Of a stretch of DNA of 64,000 nucleotides, positions 25,001 through 37,000 are shown piece by piece. The notes below the pieces were generated by a model. It saw only the letters and a list, made by a program, of their open reading frames with translations, was not told the DNA's origin and ran no database searches. The number at the start of each line of letters is the position of its first letter. The stretch's first letter is position 1. This DNA comes from Octopus sinensis (lineage: Eukaryota), in assembly GCF_006345805.1 (NCBI RefSeq), contig NC_043002.1:25296001-25360000 (forward strand). Direction: 5' to 3'. Made by a program: the position numbers and the translations under genes.

Positions 25001-28000
25001 CGCTGCTAGTAGGGTGAGGGTTGGAAACGAGTACAGTGAAGAATTCCGGGTAGAGGTAGGGGTCCACCAAGGCTCAGTACTCAGCCCCCTCCTATTTATC
25101 ATAGTCCTCCAGGCAATAACGGAGGAATTCAAGACAGGATGCCCTTGGGAGCTCCTCTATGCTGATGACCTTGCTCTAATTGCTGAGTCGCTATCAGAAC
25201 TGGAGGAGAAGTTTCAGGTGTGGAAACAAGGATTAGAATCGAAGGGCCTCAGAGTCAATCTAGCTAAAACCAAAGTCGTAATCAGTAGGAAGGTAGACAA
25301 ATCACACATGCCTTCAGGTAGATGGCCCTGCTCGATCTGTAGAAAAGGTGTAGGTAGAGAAACTCTATAAGATGCACCAAGTGTAAGCTATGGACACATA
25401 AGAGAGTGCAGCAATGTCAAAGGAAGGCTAACTAGGAAGATGGTTTTTGTATGTGGCAGATGCTCAGGAACAATAAACACTGAAAATGCTCTGAGACCAA
25501 CTTCCATCACTTTCCAGGGAGAAAAACTAGAAATAGTTGATAGTTTCCGTTACCTAGGTGACCAAGTCAGCAGCGGGGGCAGGTGTGCTGAAAGTGTAAC
25601 TGCTAGAGTAAGAATAGCTTGGGCAAAGTTCAGAGAGCTCTTACCCCTGCTGGTGACAAAAGGCCTCTCGCACAGAGTGAAAGGCAGACTGTATGATGCG
25701 TGTGTACGAACAGCCATGCTACATGGCAGTGAAACATGGGCCGTGACTGCTGAGGATATGCGTAAGATCGCAAGAAATGAAGCCAGTATGCTCCGATGGA
25801 TGTGTAATGTCAGTGTTCATAATCGACAGAGTGTAAGTACCTTGAGAGAAAAGCTGGACCTAAGAAGCATCAGTTGTGGTGTGCAAGAGAGACGATTGCG
25901 CTGGTATGGTCATGTGGCGAGAATGGATGAAGATAGTTGTGTGAAAAAGTGCCACACCCTAGCGGTTGAGGGAACCTGTGGAAGAGGCAGACCCAGGAAA
26001 ACCGGACGAGGGTGTGTGAAGCACGACCTTCGAACTTTAGGTCTCACTGAGGAAATGACTAGAGACCGAGTCCTATGGAAGTGTGCTGTGCGCGAGAAGA
26101 CCCGGCAGGACAAGTGAGTCCATAACCCGTGGCCTTCTACTTGGGATGGAGCCAGCCTACGTATGCATACCTTCCCTTCTGGGACACAAAACTCTACTTG
26201 TGAAGACCTGTGAGGCAAGTGAGGATCAGAATCGAAATCGATCAATGGAAATTGCAGATGTGTTACCAGTGCCGGTGGCATGTCGATACTCTACTTGTGA
26301 AGACCGTTGAGGCAAGTGAGGATCAGAAATGGAAATCGATCAATGGAAATTGCAGATGTGTTACCAGTGCCGGTGGCATGTCGAAACTCTACTTGTGAAG
26401 ACCCGTTGAGGCAAGTGAGGATCAGAATGGAAATCGATCAATGGAAATTGCAGATGTGTTACCAGTGCCGGTGGCATGTAAGAGAACCTTCCGTTTCGCG
26501 ACCGTTGCCAGCACCGCCCCGTTTCGTGTCTGTTGCCAGCCTCGCCTGGCCCTTGTGCCGGTGGCACATAAAAAGCATCATCTGTTCGTGGCCGTTTGCC
26601 AGCTCTGTCTGGCACCTGTGCGGGTGGCACGTAAAAAGCACCCACTACACTCACGGAGTGGTTGGCGTTAGGAAGGGCATCCAGCCGTAGAAACACTGCC
26701 AGATTTGACTGGGCCTGATGAAGCCTTCTGGCTTCACAGACCCCAGTAGAACCGTCCAACCCATGCTAGCATGGAAAACGGACGCTAAACGATGATGATG
26801 ATGATGATGATATATATATAATTAACCCATTTTCTTATAACAGCTTGTGTGCACCAAGCCTTTTCCGTTTCAAGGACATAAATGCCCGAAACTCATTCTG
26901 TTGGGACTTTTGTTCCATCAAGTTGAATTGCTAAAATACAAGTAACTCTTGCACTTTCATAATCCATTGAGGCAACATAGATTGATGTGGCACCTATCTG
27001 TTCAATTGTTTTAAATCCTTGGCCCATGAATACTGCAGTCTCATCTGTAGCAATTATATTGGAGAGACTGTATTTAGAAAAGTCAATGCCATCAACAAAG
27101 GACTTGAATGCAAGTGCACATTGAATCATTTCAGCATCCTCTGGCTTGAATAGTGTTGTTGATCTTCCTAGAGAGAGAGCTCATATTGCTGAAGGAAGTT
27201 ATCCAACCAATGAGGTGATGCTTTGAATATCTCTGGGGTTATATCCAACTGTGGTGCCATTGCAAGAGCAAATTCTCGAACATCAGCCCTGTGTACAACC
27301 AAAGCCTTTGTACTTTTGTCAGCAACCCATCCTGAGGTGTTATCTTCCAGCTCCAAAAATAATGGTTGTCGACCTGATCCACACTTGTGCTTCTTAGCAC
27401 TTCCCTCATCCACCGGTCTGCTGAAATTATCATACTCTGCTCACCATTTACAAACCATTTGGAGATCCAATATCTTCTCCTTACAGAAAGCCATAACTTT
27501 CTTGTTATGTGACTCTTCCAGAATTCCTTTCTTGTACTCCACGAAATAACTCTTTCTTTTTGCACTGGGGGACAAGGGAGTCATCTACTTTAACCAAGCT
27601 GCAGTAGTTAGTTTATTTTGCAAGTATTACATGGCCTTGCTAACAAGCTGATGCATTTTTTACTATGTCGTATTTTCGGGGTAGGGCTTATATTAAAAAT
27701 ATCCTAAAAAAACCATGGTAGGGTTTATTTTTGGGGAAACATGGTATATATGTGTGTGTGTGTATAGTAAATCTCAAAAAAAACAAAGAACAAACACAAG
27801 AAAAAATACAACGCAAGGACATGGCACATGCAAAGTATTAGCAGACGCTCAGGATATATATATATGTGTGTGTATACATATATATATGTATGTGCATATA
27901 TGAGTGTGTGTGTATATATATATATAATGTATATATGTATATATATATGTGTGTGTATATATATATGTGTGTGTATATATATGTATGTATATGTATATAT

Positions 28001-31000
28001 GTGTGTGTGTGTATATATACATGTGTGTGTATATATATGTGTGTGTGTGTGTGTAACTAAGTACATATGAATGGCCATCAAATAGTTGACAGTTACTCTA
28101 GAAAGAACATCCAGCTGTAAAAATATTTGCTCAGAGAAACTATGGGCTGATACTGAAATGGCAAAACTCAACCTGTTGGAAAAATATTTGTGTGTGCGTG
28201 TTTGTGTGTGTGCATGTAAAATGTCTTACATGTGTGTGATATATATACATATGTAAGACATTTTATATTCACACATGGTCCAACCCATACCAGATGGAAA
28301 ACAGATGTAAATTAATGGTGATTATAATAATCACACACACACACACATACGAGCATACATGCATATGCATATAGTATAAAATAGAGGTAGTGCTAATAAA
28401 AAGAAATACACTTGAAAATAAAATCAAGCTCACTCGCATTCTTTCTGTTCCTATCTATCTAGCTAGCTATCTGTGTGTGTGTGTGTAATGAAATATAACT
28501 AATACAGATACACATTTGAAAACAAAAGCACGCTTCATTGTGGAATAAATAAAGAATATATTCCATCTATACTCTGGACATAATTGTATTTATAACAGTC
28601 AAACTTTCATACAAATATATGTCCACATGTGAAACTGTTATTTTAAGAAAGCTATATGTGAAGGTGTTCACCTAATAATCATATTGTAATGAATCTAAAG
28701 CAATGATTCCCAGAGTGAATGGTACTATCCCTTTGGTGGGGGTTAGAAGATCCAGGGAACACTGAAGGAAAGTGGGGTGATGATGGAGTGGCCAAAAGGA
28801 GACAATGGATGTAAAAATAATGGGTTAATTAGGTTAAGTTTTATTTGTGAAATACAATTGTTTTGAATTTGATGCAGAAGATGGCCTATATATGTGGTAG
28901 TGAGTGAGTGGGTGGGATGCTTGGAATATGGCTTGAGTGCCAAGGTGGGTGAAATTTTGAAAAATGTTTTGGATACCACTCTTCTAAAACTTCTCTACAG
29001 CAACTATTATCATTTTGTAACTTTAGGCACTATTAGACACTATTGCTTGAATTTGTCTGGTTGACAAAATGTGTTCTATCTAAACCAGGGGTTCTCAACC
29101 ATTTTTTACGTATGGACCTCTTTAATTCCTATTTTAATTTGCTCGACCCCCATAGCCATTTGATATTTAAAAAATCCTACTGTATTTCTATAATTAAATG
29201 TTATTAGGACTTGTATAAAAATTGTTAAAATATTTTGTATATTGTGGACATATAACCAATTTATTGTACATAAATTTTACTGGTCTGAAACAGTTTTCTC
29301 ATGGCCCCTAAGAAATAACCATGGATCCTTAATTTACTATATTGCATCTGTGGATGCCTAAAATCTTATATGGAATCTGTTTGAGAACCCCTGATCTAAA
29401 CCAACTATGCAATGTTTATACAATCACTCAACTAACTTCTTTATAGCAGTGTTCCCCAAGATGAGTGATATCCTCACTCCCTAATGGGCAGTGGAAAATT
29501 TTGTATGAGTACTGGGGACAAAGCACTTATTGGAGCAGGGAGAAAGTTGGTAACAGATGCTTCTCTTCAGTGATTTTAGTTTTGGTTCCTATTTAAAAAT
29601 TTGCTTGAAAAAAAGTTTAACCCTTCTTTTATTATATTTCAGTTGAAATACACTGAGTTTGTTTCTGTTAATTTTGAAAATAATGAAGGATTTAGTAAGA
29701 TAACTTTCACATTATTATGTTAGTCTTTGGAACATAAATGTACAGGAAATTTTGATAGAAGGTTTTGATTTAAATTACCTTAAAACAGGAAGTCTGTATC
29801 ACAGGTCTTGGGCGGGTTGGTATCAAAAGGGTTAAATGTAATGTTATAATAAACTGCTTGTTAGCTACAGTCACAACAACATTAACAATAAATAATAGAC
29901 TAGACTTTGAAATGTGAATAATAAACAAAACCAAATATAACATCACCTATGCTTATAGTATTCACTTATAGTAAGGGTGGTGCTGCATTAAGTAGTCACT
30001 CACATCTAACTAGAACCAAGAACTAAATGGCCTGATATTACATGTATATGGATTAAAGTAGGATGGAATTGAGAAAAATGTTGGTGAAAGAAAAATAGTG
30101 CTAGCTAAAAATTTTGAGTAACACTGCTCTACAGTACCACCACGAAATATTTCAGCTTCTAATTCTGTTACTATATTTCTGTTGAATTACATTATCCTTG
30201 TTTCAGTTTTGAAAATAACAAAGAATTTAATACAATAACCTTGTCATTATTAACCCTTTTGATACCAACCCGCCTGAAACCGCCTCTGGCTCTGTAGTAC
30301 AGAGTTCTGAATTAAAATCTTCCACCAAACCTTAGTCACAATTTGTGTTCCTAACACCAGCTTAATGATAACTAAGTTATTTTACTAAATTCTTTGTTAT
30401 ATTTAAAATTAATTGAAAGAAATAGAGCATCTCAACAGAAATATGGTAACGAAAAGGTTAAGCTGGTGTTTGGAACAAATTAGCATGAAATTTTGATGAA
30501 AGGTGTTAATTTAGATCGTCTTTAAACAAGAAATTTGTATCATAGAACCAGGGACAGTGGTTCAGTATCAAAAGGACTTAAAATGTTCTCAGCGAAGAGA
30601 GGTTGATCAGGGCTAGAAATATTTTATCAGTTAATTTGTTTTTAAACTGGCCAGATTTGGCCTCTTACACCTACTGTACAATGTCATTCTAAAAATAAAT
30701 AATCACCTCATTAAAATTTCAAAGTTATGAGATAATACGTGATTAATTCAAAACAATGTGAATGAATAAGCTTCGCATTTGATAGAGTAATATCTGAATG
30801 CTAAAGGGTTACGTAAATTAACTGGATTTAGCCTCCAATAGCATTTCATCATCAACTTTTTTCATGCTGGCATGAGTTGGACAAAAATTATTAAAGCAGT
30901 ATTCAATGGCTGGATGCCTCTCATCTCGTCAACTCTTGTCTGTTTTTTTTTTTTAAATGGTATTTTTATTTTACTGTTTCTTCACACATCGAAACCGGTG

Positions 31001-34000
31001 GAACCATTGAACTATACAGTATGAATTGTTTATGGGAGATGTAAACAACATTGCATCCTAAACAATGTTAATGTGAAGACATGGAAAGACAAACATATAT
31101 ATGCACACAGACAATGGCTTTCTGAACAGTTTCCATTCTCCAATTTTGTTTACAAGGCATTTGTCAGCTAAAGACTCTAGTTGAAGACACTTGTCTAAGA
31201 TGCCATGTAGTGAGGCATGAACTAGAATCAAATTTAAAAGCAGGTGATTATGAAGAAAACTTTACAGCCATCCTTACACCTGTCAACAACAATGTACTAT
31301 TCTTAATTACCAGTTAAGGTGGTTGTTTTTTTTTATGAATTAGTTGCTGGTTGTTGTTGTTAGTTAGCCTTCAAGTTTGTTCTGCTCAAGTAGACCTGTA
31401 GTCAGAAGCATTCCAGCGGTGACATTCCCATCTTTTTCTCAGACATACTGTGGATAGGTGCAGGCGTAGCTGTGTGGTTAAGAAGATTGTTTTATAGCCA
31501 TGTGTTTTCAGGTTCAGTCCCACTGAGCAAATATCTTCTGCTATAGTCCCAGGGTGACCAATTCCTTGTAAATGAATTTAGCAGACAAGAAATTGTAGGA
31601 AGCCCATCACGTGTGTGTGTGAATGTTCTCCACACTTGATACTGCTTCAACAATACCATGGTAAATATTAGTATTTTTGTTGATATTATGACCAGTCATT
31701 CTACACTTATGAAGACCTCTGGATTAAAGAGAAATCCCTTATGTGGCAAAATAGGTGAGGGTTAGTGACAGGAAGAACATCCAGCTATAGAATCTTACCT
31801 CAGATAACTCATCATCTAATCCATACCAGCAGTGAAAAATGGACATTAAATGAATTTACGAAATGTGTCTAAAACTATATTGTACTATGTGTTCTATTTT
31901 TAAGATGGTAGAGTATGACTTGAGGGAGATGAAACTGTTGTTTCTAGCAGGTGTATTTCCATTTTATAGGCTTTTCTTTATAGGCCAGTGAGAGTGTTAA
32001 TGGCCAATCTGAACATCTACAAGATAGAACAGAATGGGCTGTTAGTTTGCAGTTTGGTGGGCTGACAGGTATCTTTAAAAAGGGTTATACTGCTCTTTCT
32101 AGGATTACCTGTCACTTTCTCATAGGAGGGAGAAGACTTGAGTTGTTAGTGAGTAGGAAATACAATCAGCTGTAACAGTACATATGCCAGTATTCAAAAT
32201 TTCTGTTCTAAAAACAAAGGGATACACCAGTAGCATAGTGTATCCCTGCATAACCTCAGTCCAGTAAAAGGGTAAAGAAAATCTCCATTGATTATTGTCC
32301 TGTTTTTCCTTTTTAGGTATAAATATTTCCCACGAAAACACAGATTTTTAACAGAAGAAGAATACATTACTCAAGGAGCCATAGAAACAAAGAATGCCTT
32401 GGAAAATCTCAGGGTGTATTGCCTCAGTCCTGATTGTGACCATTGGAAAGTAGTCAACAAACTTACTTCTCCTAAAAGGTATGTGTAATAAATCTGGTGG
32501 AGCGAAAAAGGTACTTTTTACACAGATTTTCGAAATATGGTTTCAAGAATATATTTTTTATTGTGAAATCCTTTAAAAATAACTGTGTTAAAATCTGAAG
32601 TTCTTAAATTTACATCTTCAGGCTCTGCAGCCCACTTGAAATTTTGAGTAATGAGTGAAAAATCAATTTATAACATGTTTGCGATTCCTCATTTTATTTT
32701 ACATTCTTTGTTACAAATCGATTTTCTTTTGCAAAATCCTTTAAAAACAAGTGTATTAAAATCTCAAGCTCTAAAATTTATATCTTCAGGTTCTGCAACG
32801 CACTTGAAATTTCAAAATTCATCTTCATCATCATCATCTTTTATTGTCCATTTTCCAAGCTGGCATGTGTTGGACAGTTTGACAGGGGACTGGCAAGCCA
32901 GGAGGCCACAACATGCTCCAATCTGATCTGATAATCTTTCTACAGCTGGATTCCTTTCCTAACGAAAACCACTCCAAGAGTGTAATGGGTGCCTTTATGT
33001 GCTACTGGCCAGTCAGGTGGCACTGGCATCAGCCATGTTTGGATGGTGCATTTTACATGCTGCTGGCACAGCAGCCAGTTGGGGTGGGGAGGCTGGCATC
33101 GACCACGCTCGGATGGTGCTTTTTACATGCCACCAGCACAGGGAGCCAGTCAGGCGACACTGGCAATGACCTACGCATGAATGGTGCTTATTGCATGCCA
33201 CCAGCATGGAAGCCAGTCAGGTGGCACTGGTATCGACCACAACTACAATTTTCATTTGACTAAGATTTGACTTTTGATTTTGATTTTACTTGACTCAATA
33301 GGTCTCCTCAAGCACAGCATGTCACCCGACAATTCAGGGCTGGTTATGTGACACTGGTGTAGGCTACGTCTGAGATCTCACTTTACTTGCCAGGTCTTCT
33401 CAATCACAGCATATCTCCAAAGGTCTTGGTCTTTTGTCATTGCCTCTGTGAGGCCCAACGTTCGAAGGTCATGCTTCACCATCTCATCCCATGTCTTCTT
33501 GGGTTTCCCTCTTGTATGGGTTTCTTCCACTGTTTAGGAGTGACACATTTTCACACAGCTCTCCTCATCCATATGCAGCACATGACCATACCAGTGCAGT
33601 CATCTCTCTTGCACACCACATCTGATGCTTCTTATGTCCAACATTTCTCTCAGGGTGGAAATAAATAGACTTTTCGATTTTGTTTTCTGTATTATTTTTA
33701 ATACTATGTCACCGAATATATGTGTTACATGAGGTCTAGATTACACACATTGAAATAAAATTACATGTATACCAATTTTTGATTCTTGACACATTTTGTT
33801 GATAAAAGTAATTAACATTTCCAATTTATTTGAAATAATTCCATGTAACTAAATAATAAACTATGGACACATAAGAGGTGCAGCAATATCAAAGGAAGGC
33901 TAACTGGGAAGATAGTTTTTGTATGTGGCAAATGCTTAGGAGCAATAAACACTGAAAATGTGCAGAAAATAGCTTCTGTTACCTAGGTAACAAAGTCAGT

Positions 34001-37000
34001 AGCAGGGGTGGATGCTCTGAAAGTGTAGCTGCTAGAATAAGAATAATCTGGGCAAAGTTCAGAGAGCTCCTACCTCCATTGCTGACAAAGGGCCTCTCGC
34101 TCAGAGTAAAAGGTAGATTGTATGACACATGTGTACTAACAGCTGTGCTACATGGCAGTGAAACATGGGCTGTGACTGCTGAGGACATGCGTAAGCTTGA
34201 AAGGAATGAAGCCAGTATGCTCTGCTGGATGAGTAATGTCAGTGTGCATACTCGACAGAGTGTAAGTGCCCTGAGAGAAAAGTTGGACTTAAGAAGCATC
34301 CGATATCGTGTGCAAGAGAGACGACTGTGCTGGTATGGTCATGAGTTGCAAATGAATGAAGGCAGCAGTGTGAAAAAGTGTCACACTCCAGCAGTTGAGG
34401 GAGCCTTTGGAAGAGGTAGACCCAGGAAAACCCAAGATGAGGTAGTGAAGCACGACCTTCGAACAGTGGGCCTCACCGAGGCAATGACTAGTGACTGAGA
34501 CCTTTGGAGATATGCTGTGCTTAAGAAGACCCAACAAACCTTATGAGTACCCTTCATTCATTGGACAATAAACTTTGCTTGTGAAGACTTGTTGAGGCAA
34601 GTGAAATCAAAATCGCTGACGTAGCCAATGACAGTACTGCCTGATTGGCACTCGTGCCAGTGGAATGTTAAAAGCACAATCCAAGTGTGATCGTTGCCAG
34701 AGCTGCTGACTGGCACTCGTGCTGGTGGCACATGAAAATCACCATTCGAGCGTGAGCATTGCCAGCATCGCTTTCCTGGCACAAGTGCTGGTGGCACATG
34801 GCAAACAACATTCAAGCGTGGTCGTTGCCAGTACCAGTGGAACGTAAAAGCACCCACTAAACTCTCTCAGAGTGGTTGGCATTAGGAAGGGCATCCAGCT
34901 GTAGAAACTTTGCTAGATCAGATTGGTGCAGCCTTCTGGCTTGCCAGTCCTCAGTCAAACTGTCCAACCCATGCCAGCATGGAAAGCGGACATTAAACGA
35001 TGATGATGTAGTGCATTCCTTTTCATTCCAGTAATAAAACCAATTAAGTTTTTTGTAGATGACAATTATCATCTCCCTCTCAAATAAAGAATGGAGCAGT
35101 CAAAGATTTGTTGTTTTGGAAATTGCTAAAACGACAATGCTAATTGTTTGTTATGTTCAAAATAGATAAAACTAAACAATTCTAATTGATTATTGCTGTA
35201 TTACCTTTTAATCTGAAGTCCTTTTTGTCTCGAACACTGGAAGTGTTTCTCTTGATTCGATTCAACTCCTAATGAAACTGTCTTGACTGTTCTCACCACA
35301 AACATTAGCTGATGCTTCTATCATGAGTTTTGCACATCTCTTCCCTGCTTGGTTGTGGCACAGTAATTTTTCCAGTTGCATCAATGAAGGTATAAAGGTA
35401 TTGATTTCTTCATCGGGAAATGCCTGTTAGAGGTGGTTCAGTAACAATAGTGTCCTGCCTGTTAATTATGTCCATGTAGTTTGAGGCAGCAAAGTTTAGG
35501 GTAGGAATTTTGAAAGATCACACAGATTTCCCTTTATACTGTGTTTGAGCCTGCTTTATGTGCCTCCATGCTAGTTCTCGAATGTGGATCCATTTATCAT
35601 GGCCAGCAAAATATTTTCTGGGTGCACAAAGAAAGCATTCCATTGTACAACTGGAAATACAATGTCTTGTACCACTCGATCCATTTCTCTCATAGACTCA
35701 GTTGTCTTGAACACATTTAGAGCCCCGTTTCTCAAGGAAGAGTTGTGTTTAATTGTGAACCACATTGGCACATAAACTTTCATTTGTAAGCAACAGATAA
35801 TTTCATCATGTTAGAAGGATTCTCGGTGGTAACATACAACTATAGCATACGATTTGCAGTTGTAAGCCATCGAGAATACCCCATTTTACTGGGATTCCTT
35901 AATGCCAATTCAGATGAACATTTCCCTTCAGATATCCTGGTGGAGGTCAAGAAGGTATTTTTGATCAGTGCTGAGATTGTTTCTGTCTACTGATGGTAAG
36001 TCCATTGGGATCTGATTAAACTTCACGACACTTAGTGTTTCACATCACTCCAGTCTCTTACCAATCAGCCCAAGAAACCCATGAGGCCTGGTAATTTTTC
36101 CGTCAAGTTTGTTAATAAGATGGCATAAGGGAAGCTCATTTGCATGAAGCTGATACACAAACCAATGCAATGACTTCTTCAATTTATCCTCCAAAAGTCT
36201 AATGGTGCCTCCTTTTGGTCCTGTATTGAGTGCAGTACCCTCGCAACCTACTGCTATCATGTGATTGGTTACTATCTCATTGGATTCCAAATAATTCAAC
36301 AAACCATTGGAAATGGCTTTTGCAGAACCTTTTTTAACAGCAAAGTGCCCAAGATAGCAGGACTCAGGTTCTTCTATCAATGAAATGTGTTCTTTTTGAA
36401 TTGTTTTCTTGCGAAATGTTTATCCTATTTGTTCACTTATGAGAGTTGTGTCCCTCCTTCCATTCAAAATACATGGCAGACAGTGGTGTATGTGGCCCAC
36501 CTTCCTGCTGCAGAGATTTATGTTTACTGGATTGTTCCCGCCTTACCTTCGATCTGTCTATAACGAAAGATCATTCACCAGATATACTTGCTGTTAAGTT
36601 AGGGATGACTAAACTTGTACAAAAAGCAGCAGCATGGTCTGTCACACTGGTACAGTCACAGACAGAAGCTAGTTCTGGGAATTTCATTCGTTTTATTGGT
36701 GTTTTTGAACTTAGGTTTTTGCTGACATCTTTTTGTTTCATGGAAAATGGAATTGGAAAATCTTCATCTTTGCTTGCTGATCCAGTTCCAGATTCACTGC
36801 TTGATGAAAATACTATCAATTCAGAATCCTTTGTTGATGTACAAGGGCGACTGTGATCTGACTGATTCTTTCTAATCAACCTCTGAACATTCTGTTTAGA
36901 TACTGCTTGATCTATTCTGCCAATGATCATTTTTTGATTTTTCTGTTGATGCTATAAAAAATCTTGTTCACTCTGTGGTGTCTCTACTACAACCACAGTT

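Noticed and set aside
23204-26117. Active autonomous RTE
   Set aside because: 5' truncation and several frameshifts (near 23790, 24120-24200 and 25360-25400).
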